This document shows, in pieces, positions 43,384 through 50,655 of a DNA stretch of 50,655 bases. The first letter of the stretch is position 1. The number at the start of each line of letters is the position of its first letter. The notes below the pieces were generated by a model. The model was not told the DNA's origin. It made no database searches and saw only the letters and a program-made list of their open reading frames with translations. This DNA comes from a virus (taxonomy: Duplodnaviria > Caudoviricetes), in the IMG/VR virus record IMGVR_UViG_3300008255_000016, positions 1-50,655 of that record; one strand, 5' to 3'. The position numbers and the translations under genes were made by a program.

Positions 43384-44517
43384 ATGTCCGCCGACGAACC
43401 AAGCACGCTGCTCCAGATGGGTGACAAGTCGCCCATCACTCCGATCAACGAGGAGCCAGCCACACCCGAGCCGAAGCCCGCTGAGAGCGAGCCGACGCCC
43501 CCCGAGCCTGCACAGACTGGCGAGGGCAGTTCACCGCCGGAACCGAAGCCGGAAGACCCGCCCAAGGCGGACGATCCTCCGAAACCGGAACCGACTGCGC
43601 GTGAACGGCTCATTGCCAAGCTCACAGGCGCGGAAGACGACGAAGAACCAACGAACGTAGATGCGGACCCAGCACCGGAGACTCCTCCGAAAGCCGAGGC
43701 CCCTGAAACTCCCCCAGCCCCGGAGCCTGAGAAATCAGACGTCGAGGAGCTGACGGAGCTGACCAACGATACGGCGTCGAAGCTCAAGCCCGGTGACTAC
43801 CGGCGCAAGGTCAACAAGTTGATCTCGCGCGTGAAGCAGGCCGAGCCGCTCGCAGCCGTGGGCAAAGAGATCATCGAACTGTGCGAAGCTAACAAGCTCG
43901 CCCCACCCGACTACAAGGCGTGGGTCGAGGTCGGAATCGGTTTGCAGAACGGTGACCCACAAGCCCTCGCCATGCTCAAGAACGTGGCGACGAAGGCTGG
44001 TATCATGCCAACCTCTGTTCCGGCGACCATGTCGCCAGAACTCGATGCATGGTTGACCACCCAGGAGAAGGCCCTGGAGATCGCTCCATCGGTCGCAGCA
44101 GAGTTGCGGAAACGGCTCGGACCTCCGGCTGCCCCTCCTGCACCTCCGACTGCTCCAACCCCACAGCCCCCTCCGACACAGCGGCAACAGGCCCCGCCTG
44201 CGGCTAACCCATATGTACAGGCACAGACTCGTGCGGTGAAAGAGATTGATCGCATCGCTGATGAGTACATTGCCAAGCTCGGGGATGCTCGGTTCGCTGA
44301 ACTGGAACCGAAAATCATGGTCGCCCTCAAGGCTCGCAAAGGGAAGCACCCCGATGCGTGGCCCGACATCTTCCGTGCCGTGGTAGCCGAAGAACTGGCC
44401 AAAGCGCCCAAGCTGGCGACTCCTGGCCAACCTCTGCGCCCAGGTTCAACCCCGTCTTCCGCAACGCCGCAGTTCAAGACCGAACGCGAGCGCCTCATCC
44501 ACAAGTATTCAGCATAG
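43384..44517 (+). CDS. Capsid scaffolding protein
   Basis: Acidic Pro/Glu-rich N-terminus, helical core; lies between portal and capsid. Confidence 0.65.
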   Translation: MSADEPSTLLQMGDKSPITPINEEPATPEPKPAESEPTPPEPAQTGEGSSPPEPKPEDPPKADDPPKPEPTARERLIAKLTGAEDDEEPTNVDADPAPETPPKAEAPETPPAPEPEKSDVEELTELTNDTASKLKPGDYRRKVNKLISRVKQAEPLAAVGKEIIELCEANKLAPPDYKAWVEVGIGLQNGDPQALAMLKNVATKAGIMPTSVPATMSPELDAWLTTQEKALEIAPSVAAELRKRLGPPAAPPAPPTAPTPQPPPTQRQQAPPAANPYVQAQTRAVKEIDRIADEYIAKLGDARFAELEPKIMVALKARKGKHPDAWPDIFRAVVAEELAKAPKLATPGQPLRPGSTPSSATPQFKTERERLIHKYSA

Positions 44518-44549
44518 CCCACCACCGAGTGGGCTGAAAGACCAATCCC

Positions 44550-45692
44550 ATGCCCACTCCCATCACCCCCTCCCTCATCCGGGAAACTGCCTTCGCGGTC
44601 ACCACCGACGTGATGAACCGCAAGGAAGCCATCGCCATCGACCGTCAGGCGATGCCGTTCCTGGAGTTCTCGTGGGGTCGCCGCAAGACCGATGCTGGTC
44701 AGGCTGGCGGCAAGACCCGCGTCAACCTCAAGGTCGCAGGCGACCAGTCCCTCCAGGGCTGGAATGGCCGTCAGGTCCTCGGCTTCCAGGGGAACGAGAT
44801 CGACCTGTTCCTGGAGTTCGAGTTCTACAACCTGCACATGGGCCTTGAGTTCGTGCATACCGACTACCTCGACATGGGGTACACGGTCATGTACAACGAG
44901 CCGCGCACCAAGACCTTCCTCAAGAAAGCTCCGCCGGATGAAGTGAACCGGCTGTGCGACCTGTTCACCGAGAAGGTCGAGACGCACTTCGACAACTACA
45001 AGGTCCTGATGGACCGGATGATGCACTACAGCACCGATCCGATGCTGCCCCCGGGCCTCGATCAGCTCATCTCGGTCACCCCCACGGTCGGCACCATCGG
45101 TGGCCGTGACCGCGCTGCCAACCCGCTGCTCCAGAACGTCGGCGGCACGGTGCAGGGCATCAACCTGAACACCCTGGACTGCTCGGGCAACGGCAACCTG
45201 TACCGTGGCCTGACCATCGCGCTGCGTCAGGCGAATATCTACGGGCGTGGTCGTTCCGCGCGCGTGGACCGTCTGTTCGCTGGCTCGAAGTTCATCGACG
45301 GCCACTCGCAGTACCGCCTGCGCACCGGCACGTCGCATGAGGGTCTGCGCATCAGCGCCGGTTCGGCTGCCAAGATGGGCAAGCAGGACATGGCGATCCT
45401 GGACACCGAGCACTACTTCTCGGGTCTGCCCATCGAGTACAACCCGACGCTCGACTACCTCGACCAGATCGGCACCCCGAACAACGGTGTTCCGTTCGGC
45501 TGCCGCTGCTACGGCATCGCCAGCAAGGCGTTCGAGGTTCGCTGCCCGCCCAAGATGGACATGCAGGTGTCCTTCCCGGCGGATCCGCCCGACCAGCGGT
45601 TCACCCGCATGTCCACCGACTCGCGCCTCGCGCCAGTCGTGACCGTGCCGAACGCGCACTTCGTCGTGGCTGTCGATCCCGCGACCGTGTAG
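44550..45692 (+). CDS. Major capsid protein
   Basis: 380 aa after the scaffold; strongest codon bias; GLDQLIS..P..GTIGG.DRA; followed by hairpins. Confidence 0.8.
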   Translation: MPTPITPSLIRETAFAVTTDVMNRKEAIAIDRQAMPFLEFSWGRRKTDAGQAGGKTRVNLKVAGDQSLQGWNGRQVLGFQGNEIDLFLEFEFYNLHMGLEFVHTDYLDMGYTVMYNEPRTKTFLKKAPPDEVNRLCDLFTEKVETHFDNYKVLMDRMMHYSTDPMLPPGLDQLISVTPTVGTIGGRDRAANPLLQNVGGTVQGINLNTLDCSGNGNLYRGLTIALRQANIYGRGRSARVDRLFAGSKFIDGHSQYRLRTGTSHEGLRISAGSAAKMGKQDMAILDTEHYFSGLPIEYNPTLDYLDQIGTPNNGVPFGCRCYGIASKAFEVRCPPKMDMQVSFPADPPDQRFTRMSTDSRLAPVVTVPNAHFVVAVDPATV

Positions 45693-45739
45693 TGCCCTGA
45701 ACATCCTAAAACACGGGTCCCTACTCCCCGTGTCCTGGG

Positions 45740-45770
45740 CACCCCCGAACTTGTGTTCGGGGGTGTGGTT
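45740..45770 (+). terminator. Hairpin after the capsid gene (terminator/attenuator)
   Basis: 11-bp stem CACCCCCGAAC/GTTCGGGGGTG with a weak U-tract. Confidence 0.55.
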
Positions 45771-45801
45771 CGTTATGCTACCGCCCGAGTAGGAGAACCT
45801 C

Positions 45802-46419
45802 ATGACTCTGATCCGCCACGTAGCTTTCCTCATCCCACGCTCGACCAGCCAGATCATGGTGGTCCCGCTGTACGAAAAGCCGCTGCTCCAGATCAAGTTC
45901 AACGCCAACCAAGGGGACCGCTCGCTGCACATCAAGCAGCTCCCCGAGATCCCCAAGGACCTTCCACCCAGCGCCGAAGTGCGTGAGCTGAACGAGGAGG
46001 CTGAGATCGAGCGGCTCGCAGCCACCTACGGAGTCGATAACTTCCGTCGCGCATACCCCATCGACGAAGCCTTCACCAAAGCCTTTGAGTCCTCGCAGAC
46101 CGTGACCCTGCCCTCGCAGGAAGGCCACGTTCCCGACATGGCCAAGGCCCCCGAGTCCCTGGTCGATGAGTTCCTGGAGCTGCGCGTACCGAACATGGAC
46201 AGGGCCAAGGCGACCAAGCTGGTTGAAGCAGGCTATCAGGTTCTCACCATCTCGAACAACGACATCCGGGCCATCGCGGCTGTCACTGGTCTGTCGAACA
46301 ACCTCCTCCGGGCAACCATCGAGGCAGCAAAATCGGCCACCCCGATTCCTGCGCCTCGCGGAGCGCCGAGTGCGCCGAGTGAGCTGCGTGCTACTTCTGT
46401 GGAGGCACCGGGCCTCTAA
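45802..46419 (+). CDS. Hypothetical protein
   Basis: GAGTAGGAG RBS; 205 aa. Confidence 0.65.
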   Translation: MTLIRHVAFLIPRSTSQIMVVPLYEKPLLQIKFNANQGDRSLHIKQLPEIPKDLPPSAEVRELNEEAEIERLAATYGVDNFRRAYPIDEAFTKAFESSQTVTLPSQEGHVPDMAKAPESLVDEFLELRVPNMDRAKATKLVEAGYQVLTISNNDIRAIAAVTGLSNNLLRATIEAAKSATPIPAPRGAPSAPSELRATSVEAPGL

Positions 46420-46428
46420 CGGGGTTCC

Positions 46429-47160
46429 ATGTCTCTCGCACTACCACCGACCCTCGCAGAAATCCGGCTCGAAACGCTCGCCAGTTGCGGCCTCGCAACT
46501 GAGGGGAACATTCCGCGCAACATCCAGGACGTGATCGACACCCGCATCCGGCGGGCGCACGCGATGCTGTACGAGAACAGCCCATGGCTGCGCACCCTGG
46601 TGGAGCGCGAGATCCCTGTCGAGGATAACGTCACCGACTACGATGTCCCTGACGACACCGAACCGGGTAAGATCGAAGCCGTAGGCATCCGTCGCGTTGA
46701 TGATGGCTGGGTCTTCCGGCTGGAGCCGGGCATCCGGCTGGGCGAAACGAACGTCCTCAAGCCGCGCATGTCGCTCTCGTACCCGATGCGGTACACCTTC
46801 ATCAACCAGATCATGCGGGTCGAGCCTGCGCCGACCCACCCCTACTATGACGTGCTGATGCTCCAGTACCGGCAGGTGCCGGGGCCGCTGATGCAGGACA
46901 GCGAGCGGGTGGTCGTGGATGGCATCGCGGTGAAGATGCTGGCCGAGATCCTGGTCAAAGAACACTTCGGTGGACAGGACACCCAGGCGCTTCGCCGGGA
47001 TCTCCAGAGCTACGCAGACTCGATCAAGTCCGACCAGAGCGACGGCGAGGGCCTCCAGATGGGCGGTCACCAGTCGGCCTACGCGCAGACCCAGGCCCGC
47101 AACCGCTTCGTGCGCGCGGGTGCAGGCTGGGCTAATTGGCAAAACTGGAGGCCCTGGTGA
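46429..47160 (+). CDS. Head-tail adaptor/tail tubular protein A-like
   Basis: TLAEIR....., W.....Y.VP.D, MRVEPAP....L.Y pattern and position. Confidence 0.65.
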   Translation: MSLALPPTLAEIRLETLASCGLATEGNIPRNIQDVIDTRIRRAHAMLYENSPWLRTLVEREIPVEDNVTDYDVPDDTEPGKIEAVGIRRVDDGWVFRLEPGIRLGETNVLKPRMSLSYPMRYTFINQIMRVEPAPTHPYYDVLMLQYRQVPGPLMQDSERVVVDGIAVKMLAEILVKEHFGGQDTQALRRDLQSYADSIKSDQSDGEGLQMGGHQSAYAQTQARNRFVRAGAGWANWQNWRPW

Positions 47161-49196
47161 TCGTCGAACCCCATCGGGAAGCGGATCGCCGCATCCGGGG
47201 AGCCACCGCGTCAGCCGCGTGGGGCATCGGCGGCATTGCCATCGTGTCGCCGCTCACTGAGCATGTGACGATGCTCGAACGCCTGTTCGGGTTCCGGTTC
47301 TCCAAGAGTCTGCATCTGCCCGGTGTGGCTCCGCTGTCGGTGTCCTGCGACCGCGTGCGCAATGCCCTGTGGGTCGGCGGGGCGAACGGCATCCTGGTGC
47401 GGCTGTCGAACGACGAGTACCAGCCTGCCGAGCTGGGTCGTGTGGACCTGGGCGGACGCATCGGCTGGGTGGCGCTGGGGGCGAGCGCCCTCGACACCCG
47501 GAACCGGCGTGACACGTCGGCGCATTTCCTGGAGACCCCAGCGGGAAACCAGCGCGTCAGCAACATGCGGTCGGACTTCATGGCCTTCGCGCCGTCGCCC
47601 ACTGGCATCCGGGTGTTCAACGCCCGGCTGGATGGCATGCAGGAGATGGGCGAGATTCAGGGTGTCCCAAGCTACGAGGCTGGGGCCTTCGACGCGACCA
47701 CCGGCTGCTTGTATCTTGCCTCCCGCCGTGGGCAGGGCGCGGTCGTGCGCGTGAATGCTGACAACAGCTTCACCACCCTGTCGATGCTCTCGTTCCCGAA
47801 CGTGCAGGGTGCGATCCAGGCGCGGGTGATCGGTGATGCGCTGCACGTCATCTGCGAGTCCCGCAACCGCTGGCTCACCTGGGACATCAGCGACCCAGTG
47901 AATCCGGTCCTGGCTGCGGACGACACCTACGACGTGGGCCTCTACTGGGAGCAGAACCCGGTGCGCTGGATCACCGCGACTGGAGAACTTCTGCGCCGCA
48001 CCGGATCGTGGCCGGGATTCATCCCCCAGGACTGGCCCATCGTGGACGGAGGCTACGCCATCGAGCCACTGACCGGCGACGAGTACCGCTGGGCGCTGCA
48101 CGGCGAGATCGGGCAGATCACCTGGGATCAGCGGCGCGGCGTTCTGCCCTTCCGCCTGTTCCGCTCCGGTGGTCTCATCAGCAGCCCGATCAAGAAAGTC
48201 GGATGCATCCCGTGTCCTGAGTACGTGTTCGTGGACCCGACGACCCCGGCCACGACGCTCGAAACTCCCGGGGGAACAGGTGCGGCCATCACTGAGCTGG
48301 CGGTGTGGGACGCAGACGACAACGAAGTCCACAGCGCCGTGCGTTTCGATTCCGGAACGCAGTTCCCACCGCTGACGGCTCCGATCCGGGTCAGCTACTA
48401 CGACTGCCTTGAAGGCACGCAGCCACACCAATGCGGGCGCTCGACGCAGGTACCGAGTGACGGTACGAACATCGTGCGCGTGGCTTTCCGGTATCGGCGT
48501 CTGTCGGTGGATGGACTTCGCGCGCGCGTCAGCGCCGGGGCAACCCCAACGTTCACAACTTCGCAGAGTGGGTTCTTCCAGAACCCGAACGACGGTGTTG
48601 TCACCATCACCCGCTACTACGAGGGCGAAGACGGCAACACCGTGGTTCAGCTCGCCGCCGCCGTACCGCTCGGGCGCATCATCACCATCCAGGAGTCTGC
48701 CTACGCTTCCAGCACTACGGAGATCGGTGGGCCGTTCGTGCGACAGGTGCCGCCCCAGGTGTTCTTCACGGTGCTGGCGTCAGGCGCTCGCGCCTGGGTT
48801 CCTGCTCCCGAAGCCGGGTATACGTTTGACACCAGCGGTCATGTTCCTGGCACCTACCGGATCTGGTGGAAGTCCGGGGCGTTCTTCGATCCGAACACGA
48901 ACCAGTATTTTGTGTTCAATCTCGATGGGACATCGAAGCTCGGTGTGCGGCACATTTCTGGACAAGGTGACGGGACTCCGGTGCCGAACACCCTGACTGA
49001 ACTGTCTCCGGTGCTGGATGCCGCAGCGACCCAAGCTGCTGCCGAGGCCCTTGCCTCGGCCCAGGACACCCTGCTGTTCACCATCGCGCAGCCGAACCAA
49101 CTTCGCATGGCTGTCGGTCTGATGACCCCACCCGCAGGCTGCACCGGCAGCGTTCAGGTGTACCTCGAACGCACGACGCCGTGGAGTCCGACATGA
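47157..49196 (+). CDS. Tail-associated beta-propeller protein
   Basis: GTGA coupling; LVIVD-like repeat WLTWDISDPVNPVL; beta-rich. Confidence 0.55.
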   Translation: MIVEPHREADRRIRGATASAAWGIGGIAIVSPLTEHVTMLERLFGFRFSKSLHLPGVAPLSVSCDRVRNALWVGGANGILVRLSNDEYQPAELGRVDLGGRIGWVALGASALDTRNRRDTSAHFLETPAGNQRVSNMRSDFMAFAPSPTGIRVFNARLDGMQEMGEIQGVPSYEAGAFDATTGCLYLASRRGQGAVVRVNADNSFTTLSMLSFPNVQGAIQARVIGDALHVICESRNRWLTWDISDPVNPVLAADDTYDVGLYWEQNPVRWITATGELLRRTGSWPGFIPQDWPIVDGGYAIEPLTGDEYRWALHGEIGQITWDQRRGVLPFRLFRSGGLISSPIKKVGCIPCPEYVFVDPTTPATTLETPGGTGAAITELAVWDADDNEVHSAVRFDSGTQFPPLTAPIRVSYYDCLEGTQPHQCGRSTQVPSDGTNIVRVAFRYRRLSVDGLRARVSAGATPTFTTSQSGFFQNPNDGVVTITRYYEGEDGNTVVQLAAAVPLGRIITIQESAYASSTTEIGGPFVRQVPPQVFFTVLASGARAWVPAPEAGYTFDTSGHVPGTYRIWWKSGAFFDPNTNQYFVFNLDGTSKLGVRHISGQGDGTPVPNTLTELSPVLDAAATQAAAEALASAQDTLLFTIAQPNQLRMAVGLMTPPAGCTGSVQVYLERTTPWSPT

Positions 49197-50655
49197 CCAA
49201 CGTCCGCGTCAGTGATATGCAGGGCCTCGATGTCCGCCGCATGCGCGAGTCCAGTGACCCGCGCACCGCGCGCGTGGCGAAGAACCTCGACCTCACCCTC
49301 GGCGGCGAGTACGAGGCGCGTGATGGCCTGCGCCCGCTCATGCAGCTCGATCCCCGCTCGAAGGGCCTCTATGCCCTGGGCGGCACCCTGCGCGCCGCAG
49401 CGCCAGCAGGCCAGGGCGTGCCGCTGAACGCGGTCGGGCCGGTGCGTGTGCGCTACGACCACCTGGGCTTCGGTGACGCCTACTTCTCGTCGATCATGGT
49501 GTCGGTGAACTCATCGGCTGACATCCAGATCATCGGGCGCGAATGGCCGGTGGACACGGTGGGCAACCCCATCCTCATCGGTGGCGTCCAGTCGGTCACC
49601 GTGGTATCGACGGACGGGCAGAACGCGGTGGTGAACGCGGTGGTCACGCTGCCGCCCGGCGTCTACCCGTTCGTCCTCTCGACCACGCCGGTTGCCCTGT
49701 CGCGCACGATCAACCTCGCGCCGTCGTCGGACGTTGTGACCCTGGTGAACGGCACTTGGCCCGAGAACATCGACGGGCGGAACTTCTCGGTGCTGCGTGC
49801 CGGGTTCACTGCCAAGGTCGTTGCCCGGCTGTCGGCCACACAGATCCGGGTGGATCAGCCATACCAAGGTTCGGCGCTCAACGAGGTCGAGTTCCAGCTC
49901 GACGGCACCGCGACCGCCTATCCGCTCAACACCCTGGTGCGGGTCACGGCTGTCGAGTCCTATGGCGCGAACGCCAGCTTCGGCGTGTACCCCTACCTCG
50001 TCGTCGAGCGGTGGCTCGACACTGACGACCGTTCGCGCGGCACCACCTTCGAGCACCATTGGGTGACCCGTGAAGCGACTGACCCGGACACCGCTCTCGC
50101 CACGCAGATTCGTCTGCCGTTCTCGCCGGGGGCCACGGTCCTCAAGGCGGCGGGCAAGCTGTTCGCGCCGGATGACGTGAACGGTGTGGTGCGGTTCTGC
50201 TCGACGGCCAATGGCCCGAGCGACTGGGTGACGCCAGAAGATGCGGGCTACATCCCGGTCATCACCCACGCAAGCGGTGATCGCCGCATCCAGGGCCTCG
50301 GGGTCTATGACGACAAGATGGCCGTGATCTTCGCGGACTCGATGCAGCTTTGGGCTACCGATCCGCAGCCGAGCAACATCACCCTGGTGCGGATCATCAA
50401 CGGTCCCGGCACCGACCAGCCGCGCTCGGTGGTCAACGTCCTGGGTGACCTGTTCTACTTCACGCGCGGCGGCTTCCGCTCGCTGCACATGCAGACCGTG
50501 ACCGGCCAGATCCAGGAGCAGGACGACATCGGCGGACCCATCGACGAGCTGGCGAAGAACGAGACGGGCGAGGTCGGTGTGGCGCTGTGGTCACAGCGGC
50601 GCGGCCAGTACCTCTGCGTGTTCGGCCCGCGCGTGTACGCCTACCGCTACAGCCC
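49193..50655 (+). CDS. Tail tubular B/nozzle-like protein, N-terminal part (628 aa in total with 124-547)
   Basis: ATG 49193 in an ATGA overlap; open to the contig end and in frame with 47..547; VRFCSTANGPSDW, GDLFYFTRGGFRSL; missing from the ORF track. Confidence 0.8.
   Translation, partial: MTNVRVSDMQGLDVRRMRESSDPRTARVAKNLDLTLGGEYEARDGLRPLMQLDPRSKGLYALGGTLRAAAPAGQGVPLNAVGPVRVRYDHLGFGDAYFSSIMVSVNSSADIQIIGREWPVDTVGNPILIGGVQSVTVVSTDGQNAVVNAVVTLPPGVYPFVLSTTPVALSRTINLAPSSDVVTLVNGTWPENIDGRNFSVLRAGFTAKVVARLSATQIRVDQPYQGSALNEVEFQLDGTATAYPLNTLVRVTAVESYGANASFGVYPYLVVERWLDTDDRSRGTTFEHHWVTREATDPDTALATQIRLPFSPGATVLKAAGKLFAPDDVNGVVRFCSTANGPSDWVTPEDAGYIPVITHASGDRRIQGLGVYDDKMAVIFADSMQLWATDPQPSNITLVRIINGPGTDQPRSVVNVLGDLFYFTRGGFRSLHMQTVTGQIQEQDDIGGPIDELAKNETGEVGVALWSQRRGQYLCVFGPRVYAYRYS
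50533..50655. repeat. Terminal direct repeat, copy 2
   Basis: Identical to 1-123. Confidence 0.97.

Noticed and set aside
43911-46025. 704-aa minus-strand ORF
   Set aside because: Antisense shadow of the codon-biased scaffold and capsid genes; no motifs; expected in high-GC DNA
1-50655. Alternative genetic code, introns, inteins or tRNAs
   Set aside because: Core genes are intact in code 11 with normal lengths, all three stop codons are used, and no cloverleaf was recognised (tRNAscan not run)

Overview
The window is an apparently complete, circularly permuted, high-GC dsDNA bacteriophage genome. Bases 1-123 are repeated exactly at 50533-50655, giving a unique length of 50,532 bp, and one tail gene reads in frame across the junction. 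The architecture is podovirus-like with two arms. The + strand late arm (33.3 kb -> end -> 11.06 kb) carries TerS, TerL, a Maf/sialyltransferase-like protein, minor virion and lysis genes, portal, scaffold, major capsid, tail adaptor, beta-propeller and nozzle proteins, a collar-domain tail fibre and four ejection-type proteins. The - strand early/replication arm (33.0 -> 11.08 kb) carries many small proteins, a DenV-like glycosylase, an amidoligase plus class II glutamine amidotransferase, an SF3-like helicase, a Leu762-type PolA, HIRAN, SNF2 helicase, Gp157-like, putative SSB, Cas4-like nuclease, RHH and RuvC-like genes. I could not recognise an integrase, RNA polymerase, primase, endolysin, tRNA or CRISPR array. 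The best leads are: a type IV pilin mimic lacking the prepilin-peptidase Gly, co-transcribed with membrane microproteins; an RNA hairpin after the capsid gene whose loop is antisense to a GAGTAGG ribosome-binding motif used by several genes; a tandem GGACACAT operator-like motif at four sites; Acb2/Tad1-like hairpin proteins; a solo HicA; the amidoligase/GATase pair; and a split Rad5/HLTF-like HIRAN+SNF2 module. All protein calls come from motifs recognised by eye; no database searches were run.
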